Source: Candidatus Levyibacteriota bacterium
GTDB lineage: Bacteria > Patescibacteriota > Microgenomatia > Levybacterales > UBA12049
NCBI GenBank assembly: GCA_963790825.1
Contig: CAWBPM010000002.1
Span: 618,815 to 682,814 of the forward strand
DNA length: 64,000 nucleotides
Direction: 5' to 3'
Under the pieces are notes generated by a model, which worked only from the letters and a program-made list of their open reading frames with translations, did no database searches and had not been told where the DNA came from. Numbering within the stretch: position 1 is the first letter of the stretch; each line of letters begins with the position of its first letter. The position numbers and the translations under genes are program-made. This document shows positions 19,772-28,630 of the stretch, piece by piece.

Positions 19772-20368
19772 CTACACTTGGCAATAGTCGCTGATTTGCT
19801 GGTAGAAAACGAATAGATACCAGATACTAAGTAGAAGAATGAGGAAAAGCAAAAAAAGCCGGCGCTTTTTTTGCTGGCGATCTAGAATATGGTACCAGCC
19901 GAAAAGTGAAAAAGCTTGGTACGAAATCCCCAACATAATACTTCGCAAGATAAACGGCAGATGCGGAGAAAAAAATATTTCAACCAGTGGAAGAAGCAAC
20001 AAAACTGTTAAAAGCGTAAGTGAATATTTCGTTTTTTTATTTCTGACAACATACCAGAATCCAAAAAGAAGCCCTGCTACGCCGGTCAGAGAAATAAATT
20101 GTATCAAGAACCGGACGTCAAAAAATTGCAGATAATCCTGCAGAAATTGGGCGGTAAAGAAAATCGGTTTGTTGTGGAAAATATGCGTGAGGAGAATTCC
20201 TGCTCCTTGATCATTATTCACTTCACCTACAAGTTGTATTAGTCCTTGATGATAATTCAAATGAAAAAGCTCACTGAAATTTCGGCACTTCCCCCACTGC
20301 GTCAGTGCCAAGACTTCATTAAGCCAGATAAGAAACAAATAAAAAATCATACTTATTGTAATTCCCAA
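19772..20368 (-). CDS. membrane protein, partner of the upstream GT-C glycosyltransferase
   Basis: Multiple TM helices; adjoins/overlaps the end of the upstream gene. Confidence 0.7.
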   Translation of the reverse strand: MGITISMIFYLFLIWLNEVLALTQWGKCRNFSELFHLNYHQGLIQLVGEVNNDQGAGILLTHIFHNKPIFFTAQFLQDYLQFFDVRFLIQFISLTGVAGLLFGFWYVVRNKKTKYSLTLLTVLLLLPLVEIFFSPHLPFILRSIMLGISYQAFSLFGWYHILDRQQKKRRLFLLFLILLLSIWYLFVFYQQISDYCQV

Positions 20369-21888
20369 AACTGGGCGAAAATATCTTTATTCAAATTCGG
20401 CAAATACACGGTAGCAACCTTTTTACGTGAGGTATTTGATCCATAAAACGGACGGATGAACAGAACTTTCTGACCTTGCCAAGACGCCGGAGTCTGCCAG
20501 GAAGCAGCAGCAGCAATCGGTTTCAGATTACTGTCATAAAACTGAAAATAATACACTGCATCTGACAGTTGACTGTCGATAACAATGTGCGGGTATTGTT
20601 TTGCAAGTTTTGCAGTCTTAAAAACTACATCCCTGTATCCCCCGCCCCAATCCAACACATTAATTCTCGGATATTGGACGTAATAAAATTCCAAGTAACT
20701 GAGGAATTGGAAGGTGGCGATAATTATGGTGAGCAGCAAAAGATATATACGATATTTTCCTGCTTTTTGTAATGTATAAAAAATGCCAAGCGTAATAATA
20801 ATCACCATCGGAATAACCATGATAAGTACGCGTAACGTCTGCGGACTGGGCCTGGCAATTGCTGCCGGAAACGGCGACATTAAAAGTAAAAAAAGAAGAA
20901 TATACTTTACGACTCCCCTTTTCATTTGAAGCAGAAGATAAAGCCCAACGAGAAGAAATGGGAATTGCCAATACGGTAAAAGTCCAAAGCCGGAAATTTG
21001 GTGTCTGCCGATTCCGTCTCCTGCGTTAAACAAAAACGACAAAGAGAAAAATGACAGGTAATCTTTTAGGTAAACCATCGGATAGACAGTAGCTTGACCA
21101 AGTAAACTATTTTGCTGGAACTCTGAAAATGCCGATGTCGCTCCGAAGCGGCTCGAACCCTGCGGAGAAAGAGTAAAGAGAATATTCGGCATTACAAAAA
21201 TGAAGAAGAGTATCCCGCAGGTAATTATCGTTCTGTGAAGATTAGGAAGTAATTTATAAAATACGCCAATTATTATCAGAACAGTGACCGGCGTGCTAAT
21301 CCGATAGGTATGATAAGTGTATACGGTGAGAGCAAAAAGAAGAAAACTGCCGAGCAAGAATAAAAATCGTTTCTTCCTGCAAAAAAGTAACAAAAGATAC
21401 GAAGCGGTGAGATAGAGAAACGCGCCGAGTGTTACTTCAAATCCCGCCCGGGAAAATTGCAAATGCCAGGGAGAAATTGCAAGTAAAAACGCGGCGAGCA
21501 AACCTGCAGCACGAGGCGAAATCTGCATCTGTTTTTCATTTTTCAAAAGTAAGGCAAGTTCATAGACAAATAAATATAATACCAGGATTGTCAGTGTGCC
21601 CGAAAGTGCTGAGGTAAAGCGAACGGCGAATTCCGTTTTTCCAAAAACGCTCATTGCTGCTGCGGTCGAGTAAATGTACAGGGGCATTTTATAGTCGCCG
21701 AATGATTTAAATGCCAGAGGATAGCGCACGCCGAACTCATCTGCTCCGGTTTTAAGAATATCATAGGCATTGTTTCCGATTGACACCTCGTCGATATACA
21801 GCCCGGGCGGAACACTGGAAATTTTATAAAATCGCAGAAAGCCTCCGAGGAGAATGATGAGAAAAAGTAAAATAATCGTTTTTTTCAT
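20353..21888 (-). CDS. ArnT/PMT-family (GT-C) glycosyltransferase
   Basis: LRFYKIS.VPPGLYIDE, GDYKMPLYIY, AISPWHLQFSRAGFE; polytopic. Confidence 0.9.
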   Translation of the reverse strand: MKKTIILLFLIILLGGFLRFYKISSVPPGLYIDEVSIGNNAYDILKTGADEFGVRYPLAFKSFGDYKMPLYIYSTAAAMSVFGKTEFAVRFTSALSGTLTILVLYLFVYELALLLKNEKQMQISPRAAGLLAAFLLAISPWHLQFSRAGFEVTLGAFLYLTASYLLLLFCRKKRFLFLLGSFLLFALTVYTYHTYRISTPVTVLIIIGVFYKLLPNLHRTIITCGILFFIFVMPNILFTLSPQGSSRFGATSAFSEFQQNSLLGQATVYPMVYLKDYLSFFSLSFLFNAGDGIGRHQISGFGLLPYWQFPFLLVGLYLLLQMKRGVVKYILLFLLLMSPFPAAIARPSPQTLRVLIMVIPMVIIITLGIFYTLQKAGKYRIYLLLLTIIIATFQFLSYLEFYYVQYPRINVLDWGGGYRDVVFKTAKLAKQYPHIVIDSQLSDAVYYFQFYDSNLKPIAAAASWQTPASWQGQKVLFIRPFYGSNTSRKKVATVYLPNLNKDIFAQFWELQ

Positions 21889-21933
21889 GCAAACACGACT
21901 ATTATATCAGGAGTGAAAGGAAAATGAGCGTAG

Positions 21934-22698
21934 TTATAACTCAATCCCTTGGTCGGTAATGAGGATTGTTTTACAGGCAATATCCGGCCTGGTAAAAAAA
22001 CGAGCCGGAATGTCTTCTTCTTTACCGGAATTAAAGGTTAATTTTAATGCTTGTTTTTTATCATCTCCGAATACTAAAATAAGGAGTACATCAATCATCG
22101 ACAGTCCCAAAAAAGTCATGCTGATCCGCTCTTGATACGTTGCATCAGGATACAGGTACGCACTCACCTGGTCTTGCTCCGACAATTCTGAATTCTGAAT
22201 TCTAAACTCTGAATTTCTGGCCAAAAGGCCTGCCGTATGTCCGTCTTTTCCGATTCCTAAAATAGCCAGACTATTTTGAAATGTTGCATGCATTCCTCGT
22301 ACGACCTGATCATAGTCTTCTGCCGTTTTTTTAAGGTCGGTTTCGGCAGTTATAATCGGAGAGAAACGAATATCCCGCATGTGGAAATAATTAAGCAGCC
22401 CCGAGTCTCTGATCATCGTTTCATTACTGTTCTCGTGAAATTTAGGGCTGAACCGTTCGTCAACTAATCCGACTGCTCCGGGTATCAATTTTTCCTCTTT
22501 GGCCAAGGTTTTGTAAAGCTCTTTTGGAGTATTTCCGCCGGAGAGAAACAAGGTTGTTTTTCTATCAACCAAAAGATAGAGGATTTCTTTACCCAGATCT
22601 AAGCCTTCTTCGCTACCATAAACCGGACAAACTAAAATTCCTGTATTTATAAACGACAAGATATTTTTCGTTTTCAGAAGTTGTATAACTTCTTTCAT
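21934..22698 (-). CDS. pgl: 6-phosphogluconolactonase
   Basis: LSGGNTP, VDERF, LGIGKDGHTAG, RISMT, GDDKKQAL; zwf and gnd are in the same window. Confidence 0.85.
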   Translation of the reverse strand: MKEVIQLLKTKNILSFINTGILVCPVYGSEEGLDLGKEILYLLVDRKTTLFLSGGNTPKELYKTLAKEEKLIPGAVGLVDERFSPKFHENSNETMIRDSGLLNYFHMRDIRFSPIITAETDLKKTAEDYDQVVRGMHATFQNSLAILGIGKDGHTAGLLARNSEFRIQNSELSEQDQVSAYLYPDATYQERISMTFLGLSMIDVLLILVFGDDKKQALKLTFNSGKEEDIPARFFTRPDIACKTILITDQGIEL

Positions 22699-23882
22699 GG
22701 CTTTGCAAATTGTTGCGCGATATCTTTATAGGTGATCAGAATAATAAGCAGCAGAAGAATCGCCATACCGACCTGGTGAATGTAGCCTTCTATTTTCGGA
22801 TTAACTTTCCGACCGGTCACTCCTTCCAGAAGAATAAAAAACAGTCTTCCCCCGTCAAGTGCGGGAATCGGCAGTATGTTGAAAAATGCCAAAGAGATTG
22901 ACAAAATACCTGACAGATTGAGAATCTGAAGAATCCGCTCTTTCATGTTGGGAATTTGCACTATCGTACCGACCAGCGAATAGATGCCGACCGGTCCTGA
23001 AACACCCTGGCTGATTGGCGCTGCGTTTCTTTCTTTGATAGAGACACTGAGGAGCTGTCCCAAAACGTCGAAATTATAGAGCATAAGATTTATCGGATGG
23101 ACAATTCCGGACAATGCTTTTTCTACCGGTGTTTTATAGCTTAATTCGATGCTTTCTGCCGGGAAAAATGCCACGCCTAATGCCCCCTGGTTCTTGGGAG
23201 GATTTACCCTGGGCGTTACACTGCCCGAGTAGGTTTGATTAGTCTCCAGATTTTGCCAGGCAATAGTTATTTTTTTTCCCTTATCTGCCTGTACAATTTT
23301 TACAAATTCGTCAGGACTGGTAACATTTATGCTATTTAGCGAAGTAATTCTTGAATTGACTTGGATACCCGCCATCTCTGCCGGTGAATTTTTCTCTACC
23401 TCACTTACTATAATATCCGATCTTTTCTGCTGCTCAACCAGGAAGAACTTGTGATCGCCGAGAAGCGGCAGCTCCGTATGAAAACTAGAGATAAACATAA
23501 ACGCATAGTAAATCAGAATTGCCAGAATCGCGTTCATAATAACGCCGGCTATGACGACTGCCGCACGTTGACCAACCGACCGAGTGTAAAAAGCCCGCTT
23601 TTCGTCTTCCTTGTTTTTTGTTTCTGTTTTCTCTTCCGCAGGTCCGATTCTTCCTGCCCCTGCTTCATCTTCGCCGTAAAGTTTTACGAATCCGCCAATC
23701 GGCAACCAGTTAATCGAATATTCCGTCTCTCCCCTTTTAATGCTGAATGCTTTGGGTGGAAAGCCGAATCCGAATTCCTCAACTTTTATTCCCAATTTTT
23801 TCGCAACAAAAAAATGTCCCGCTTCGTGGATGAGAACGAGAACCGATAGAATGATGAGAAACGTAATTGCGGTAAGTAGCAT
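22695..23882 (-). CDS. rseP: RIP metalloprotease RseP (M50 + PDZ)
   Basis: HEAGH, GGFVKLYGE, PDZ (NSPAEMAGI), NILPIPALDGG. Confidence 0.95.
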   Translation of the reverse strand: MLLTAITFLIILSVLVLIHEAGHFFVAKKLGIKVEEFGFGFPPKAFSIKRGETEYSINWLPIGGFVKLYGEDEAGAGRIGPAEEKTETKNKEDEKRAFYTRSVGQRAAVVIAGVIMNAILAILIYYAFMFISSFHTELPLLGDHKFFLVEQQKRSDIIVSEVEKNSPAEMAGIQVNSRITSLNSINVTSPDEFVKIVQADKGKKITIAWQNLETNQTYSGSVTPRVNPPKNQGALGVAFFPAESIELSYKTPVEKALSGIVHPINLMLYNFDVLGQLLSVSIKERNAAPISQGVSGPVGIYSLVGTIVQIPNMKERILQILNLSGILSISLAFFNILPIPALDGGRLFFILLEGVTGRKVNPKIEGYIHQVGMAILLLLIILITYKDIAQQFAKP

Positions 23883-23966
23883 TGAGTATTAATTATAGCA
23901 TGTTTAGCATATGAGAGACAGGGAAAGTGTATTAAGTATTATGTAGTAAAAATTCTTCTCTGTTGA

Positions 23967-24098
23967 GTTTCCGTTGTATTTTTTCGCAGAGACGAATGCT
24001 ACTTAAAAAGTAGGTAAGCTAAAAGACGGTGCGAGTGAATAAGCACCAGTATGAATAGTTTGTTCTAGGTAGGTCTCAAGAAAAAATGCAGAGGAAAC
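23967..24098 (+). repeat. long hairpin element copy A (GCA/AA family)
   Basis: Arms GTTTCCGTTGTATTTTTTC and GAAAAAATGCAGAGGAAAC; inner GCA-GAGAC...GTCTC-AA. Confidence 0.8.
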
Positions 24099-24134
24099 GA
24101 AAATAGTTAGGTCGATTAGAAATTAGCAATTCTC

Positions 24135-24698
24135 CTACATGGCCATCAGTTCCGATTCTTTCTGTTTTCCCAAATTTTCAATCGTTTGACTCGTTTCATC
24201 GATAAACCGCTGCAGATCTTTTTCAAGTCGCATTTTATCATCATCCGAAATCGTTTTTTCATCATGCTGCTTTTTAATTTGCTCCATAATTTCATGCCTG
24301 ACTTGACGGGCCATAATCCGTCCGTTTTCGAGTTTGTGTTTCATGAGTTTTGCCAGTTCTTCCCGCCTTTCCTGCGAAAGCGGCGGCAGACTAATCCGGA
24401 TCAGCGTACTATCCACCACAGGATTCATGCCGACATTGGCATCCTGTATACCTTTTGCAATTTCATGAATAATCGATTGGTCATACGGAGTAATGACGAT
24501 TGTCTGCGGATCAGTGGTGCCGACTGTCGCCAGTTCAACTATTTTCATCACCGTAGTTCCACCATAAACTTTAACTACAACATTTTCAACCAAAGACGGC
24601 GCTGCTCTGCCTGTGCGGATCGTTCCAAGATCGGTTTTCAATACATCTAAAACTTTCTGAAGCCTCTGTTTTGCCTCGTCAAGAATATCTCTATCCAT
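24135..24698 (-). CDS. frr: ribosome recycling factor
   Basis: IRTGRAAPSLVE, ITPYD, IRISLPPLSQERREEL; ATG 24698, 6 nt after TATACT. Confidence 0.96.
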   Translation of the reverse strand: MDRDILDEAKQRLQKVLDVLKTDLGTIRTGRAAPSLVENVVVKVYGGTTVMKIVELATVGTTDPQTIVITPYDQSIIHEIAKGIQDANVGMNPVVDSTLIRISLPPLSQERREELAKLMKHKLENGRIMARQVRHEIMEQIKKQHDEKTISDDDKMRLEKDLQRFIDETSQTIENLGKQKESELMAM

Positions 24699-24817
24699 AG
24701 CCCCAGTATACACCATTTGAAAAAATTAAAGAAGAGAGTTTTTGGGAAGTATCTGCCCGATTTACTGGTTGACAGGAGAAAAATTTGTGCTATTAAGAGA
24801 TGATCAATTACTGATAG

Positions 24818-25411
24818 ATGGAAAAAGGTCGCTTTACGCCAGAACAATCCGCTCCTATTCCACATACTCTGCGAATGGGTGAGGTTTGGACGCCATTTCG
24901 GGAAGGACAATTCCCCGTTGATCAGCTTGCATTCAGAATACAACTTCCGATTATGTATGAAGGTTATCCGGGCAATGTTGTTCTTGAAAGGACAACCAGA
25001 GATACAGGAACTAAAGCAAAAAAAACCACCACTATCCAAGCAGCATTCCCTGACATTGGCAGAAGGGATCCTTTTAGAAAAGAACTCGATAATACTGTTT
25101 TAAGTGTCGTAAATCCCCAAGAAGATACAGTACTGACTTTTCAGGAGGCGACTGAAGAGCATACCAGCGGTGTAATATCCCCTTCGGAAGTTTTATATTC
25201 ATACCGGGACGCAGCGATGAAGCATACCGAAATTGAAGTGATGAGTGCCTCGGATTACGTTCGTTCACAGCAGGAAAAAAAACGACGTCGTTTACAAATC
25301 CAGAAACAGTTAGGAGAAGCATATGACCATCTTGATTGGGATTCACCAATAATTAATACCTTATATGAGAATGCAAAGGTACAGGTATTACGTCGCATAT
25401 TTTGCGTTTAG
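24818..25411 (+). CDS. hypothetical protein (possibly frameshifted; continuation to 25563)
   Basis: 197-aa ORF with TTGACA promoter; an alternative frame continues KGTGITSHILRLVGLRPMY...PVLSK. Confidence 0.6.
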   Translation: MEKGRFTPEQSAPIPHTLRMGEVWTPFREGQFPVDQLAFRIQLPIMYEGYPGNVVLERTTRDTGTKAKKTTTIQAAFPDIGRRDPFRKELDNTVLSVVNPQEDTVLTFQEATEEHTSGVISPSEVLYSYRDAAMKHTEIEVMSASDYVRSQQEKKRRRLQIQKQLGEAYDHLDWDSPIINTLYENAKVQVLRRIFCV

Positions 25412-25799
25412 TCGGATTAAGACCAATGTATTCGGGAAAACTATTCCGGGAGCTGGGAGAAGATGTACCGGATGTAGTGCAGGAGATGGTTATGAATAAT
25501 GAGATTGCATATTCCGAAGCTAGGTTTTTAGTGCCAAATAATAAACCTGTGCTATCGAAGTAATATAATTTCTCTACTAAAAGTATCTTTGTAATCATTT
25601 GACAATAGAACAATTCAACAATCTAACAATTTAATAATCTCCGTCCTCTCCCGTCATTCCCGAACCAATCGGATTTGAACTTTGAAATTATTTAGGAGTT
25701 AGTTCGTCAGCTGACGGATTAGAATTTAGAATTTGCCTAAACTTATAGGTCTTTTTAATCTCTTGTGTATCGCTGCTGAATTTACTACAATACAAGAGT

Positions 25800-26789
25800 A
25801 TGGTTTCCTGTGAAAGTCGGGTAGAAAAAGTAAAAGATCCTTACAAAATGAAGTCTCAAGAATTACAGGCTTTGGCTATGGATGAATCCGGAAAGTCAGA
25901 TGACAACCAGAAAAAATCCAGACTTCTTCGCGTTTCTAGCTCATGGCATAGAATTACCCAGACGCTAACCGAGTCCCGTACCAAACGGCGGATTGGCGGC
26001 GGTGTTGTTTTAGCATTAAATGTTTTAGCTTTTAAACAGCCGGAATTAGCCAGCGCTATAGGTATATTTTTAGGAGGTGCTGCCGGCGCAACAATAGCCG
26101 CTGATACGGATTTTACTGAGAAAATCAACGAGCGGCAGGTCGAGAAACAGGCAGAAAAACAAATTACAGCAGTTGAACCAGATAGACCGGTTCCCCACTC
26201 CATGCTGGTGGAAATATTTGCCTTGCATCCGGATGTTATTCCAGCTTCGGAAATTAGAGACTGGAGTATTAATTCGCGTCGTGCTGAGCGTAAATATCGT
26301 AAAGACATAAGACTTACCGCTTCGGAATCAGTCTTTGATCATGCCGCACATATGACTGGAAAATTAAGGGCAAATATTGGTCAAGCGAAACAAACAGTTT
26401 TAGTTGCTCAAGTGGAGGCACAAAAACACAGATCCGATCCTGAGTTTATGAAAGCAATAGCCTTTCGTAAAATTGGCGGCGTATCGGCAGGTGTAGTTCT
26501 GGGTGGATTGGGTGGGTTCGTTTCGGTAGGAATGTTAGGACCGATTGGCGGAGCTATTGCCGGCACTGCCGATGATGCCTATTTGGTAGCAAGACTTTGC
26601 GGCGAAGATATCCGGCATTTAGTACATAAATTTATTAAGTCCGGATCGGATGATCTCCCTTCCTCTCCTATCTACATTTCACCAATTAGTCAGGAAGTAG
26701 CAATAAATTCTGTTTTTAGTGCTGCCCGCGACATTGTGATTCCAATTCGTTCTGAAACATGTCCGAGACAAACAGTTAGAAGATTATAA
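25800..26789 (+). CDS. hypothetical membrane-associated protein with glycine-zipper helices
   Basis: GIFLGGAAGA and GGLGGFVSVGMLGPIGGAIAG segments; TACAAT 7 nt before ATG. Confidence 0.7.
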   Translation: MVSCESRVEKVKDPYKMKSQELQALAMDESGKSDDNQKKSRLLRVSSSWHRITQTLTESRTKRRIGGGVVLALNVLAFKQPELASAIGIFLGGAAGATIAADTDFTEKINERQVEKQAEKQITAVEPDRPVPHSMLVEIFALHPDVIPASEIRDWSINSRRAERKYRKDIRLTASESVFDHAAHMTGKLRANIGQAKQTVLVAQVEAQKHRSDPEFMKAIAFRKIGGVSAGVVLGGLGGFVSVGMLGPIGGAIAGTADDAYLVARLCGEDIRHLVHKFIKSGSDDLPSSPIYISPISQEVAINSVFSAARDIVIPIRSETCPRQTVRRL

Positions 26790-26800
26790 AAAGAAGTGTG

Positions 26801-27259
26801 CTATTCGCCAATGGCGAACCTCGTGAAGCGTTTAATCGTAATATTTTCACCCAGTTTCCCGATCGTGCTTTTTATTAGTTGTTCAACCGTCACTGAGCTG
26901 TCCCGGATATATTCCTGCTTAAGTAATGCTTTTACCGATTCCGGTTTCATTGCGGCAATCTGCATTCCCAGTTCCCGCGCCAGTCTTTTGAAATCATCAG
27001 TTTTCGCGACAAAATCAGTTTCGCACAAGAGTTCAACCAAAACGCCAACCCTGCCGTTATGAATATACGAATCAATGATTCCTTGCGAAGTTTCCCGATT
27101 GGCTTTTTTCTCTGCTTTTTCGACCGATCGCTTTTTCAACCAAGCTAAAGCTTTTTCGAAGTTGCCGTTTGATTCCTCCAGGGATAAACGACAATCGGCA
27201 ATTGAAGCTGATGTCTCGTCGCGAAGTTTTTTCAGAATTTTTAAATCAACTTGTAGCAT
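26801..27259 (-). CDS. tsf: translation elongation factor Ts (short form)
   Basis: LKKLRDETSASIADC, ELLCETDFVAK, GENITIKRFTRF. Confidence 0.96.
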   Translation of the reverse strand: MLQVDLKILKKLRDETSASIADCRLSLEESNGNFEKALAWLKKRSVEKAEKKANRETSQGIIDSYIHNGRVGVLVELLCETDFVAKTDDFKRLARELGMQIAAMKPESVKALLKQEYIRDSSVTVEQLIKSTIGKLGENITIKRFTRFAIGE

Positions 27260-27326
27260 AGTTTCAAAGCGTATAGCTGCTAGCGGTTAACGTTTAGTAT
27301 TTTTTCTAAACGCTAGTCCCTAAACC

Positions 27327-28406
27327 CTAGACGCTACTTTTTGTTGCTGCTTTCTTTGCTTTTTCTGTTTTGACTTTCACTGGTTTTGCAACTTTTTTTT
27401 CTTCTGCTTGCCCTGAGCGAGGTCGAAGGGTTTTCGCCTCTGGTTTTTTTACTGCCTCTTCGGCTTTTTTGGCTTCTTTGGTCTGCCCCACCTGCCCCGC
27501 GCTTTGCCCTTCCGACTTGTCCGGCGAAGCCTTGGCGGAGTTGGAAGCTTTCAGCGAAGGAGAAGAGTCTTGCTTGCCGGTCGAAGCCTTGCTTGCCGGT
27601 CGAAGCCTTGGCGGAGTCTGAGCGGAGTCTGGAGGAAGTGGGGAGCTTTGTTGAAGGGCTTTCTTCTCTGCTTCTAGGGCTGCTTTCGTTGCTTCCTCTT
27701 GTGCACTCTTTTTTCCTTCAATCCACGAATCTACGATATAACTCGTGATTAATTTGATTGAGCCAACTGCATCATCATTAGCGGGAATCGGATAATCAAT
27801 AATCGTCGGATCAGAGTTAGTATCGGTAATTCCGACTGTTGGTACATGCATTTTCCTGGCTTCCCGTACAGCCAAATCCTCAAGGTGCGTATCAATAATA
27901 AAAACCGCGTCAGGTGTATGAATCATTTCCGAAATTCCTCCATAGAAACTCAGTAATTTGGTTCTCTCTTTTTCCCACAGCGATACTTCTTTTTTGGTAT
28001 ATTTTGCTTTTTCCTCAGGGCTTTGCAGATTTTCTTCAAGTGTTTTCAACTTTTTAAAGTTTTTTAATACTTCAGAAAAATTGGTGAGGATACCGCCAAT
28101 CCAACGATTGGTAACGAAATATAAACCTGTTGCCCCTGCTTCATGTGCTCGTTTCGCTTCTTCCAAGACGATGCCTGCAGCCTGTCTCTTCGCGCCGAGC
28201 ATGATCATCGTGCCATCCTTTTTAGCGATACTTCTTACGAAGTTACCCGCCTCTTCGAGTCCTTCTTTAGTTTTGGCTAAATCGATAATGTGGATATTGT
28301 CGCGAGCTTCGAAAACAAAATCGCGGGACTTAGGATTTTGGCGAGTTACTTGGTGGCCAAAATGGCACCCAGCTTCAAGAAGTTCTTCAAGTGTAATTGT
28401 ACGCAT
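27327..28406 (-). CDS. rpsB: 30S ribosomal protein S2 with repeat-derived C-terminal extension
   Basis: LLEAGCHFGH, RWIGGILTNF, DTNSDP, IPANDDA. Confidence 0.97.
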   Translation of the reverse strand: MRTITLEELLEAGCHFGHQVTRQNPKSRDFVFEARDNIHIIDLAKTKEGLEEAGNFVRSIAKKDGTMIMLGAKRQAAGIVLEEAKRAHEAGATGLYFVTNRWIGGILTNFSEVLKNFKKLKTLEENLQSPEEKAKYTKKEVSLWEKERTKLLSFYGGISEMIHTPDAVFIIDTHLEDLAVREARKMHVPTVGITDTNSDPTIIDYPIPANDDAVGSIKLITSYIVDSWIEGKKSAQEEATKAALEAEKKALQQSSPLPPDSAQTPPRLRPASKASTGKQDSSPSLKASNSAKASPDKSEGQSAGQVGQTKEAKKAEEAVKKPEAKTLRPRSGQAEEKKVAKPVKVKTEKAKKAATKSSV

Positions 28407-28507
28407 AATTTTGTGTCCCTTTTCCCTTCCGTAGCTTTAGCGTAGGAGGGTTTCCGCCATCTATCTATTTATTATTCAAGGACATCTGATAGATGTGAGA
28501 ATTTCTA
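28407..28507 (-). promoter_or_regulatory. rpsB 5' leader, predicted pseudoknot (S2 autogenous operator-like)
   Basis: On the mRNA: stem CAUCUAUC/GAUAGAUG, loop UGUCCUU able to pair with AGGGACA just before the start; TATAAT at 28514-28519 on the minus strand. Confidence 0.55.
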
Positions 28508-28630
28508 CTCAGTATTATAGTACAGGGCAAGTGGTATTGCAAGGGTAATAGTAATCGTTCCTTGTTGACATCTAAAGAAAGAAATATTTACAATAAAGAT
28601 AAGTGTACAATTTTTATTGTACAAATCCTA

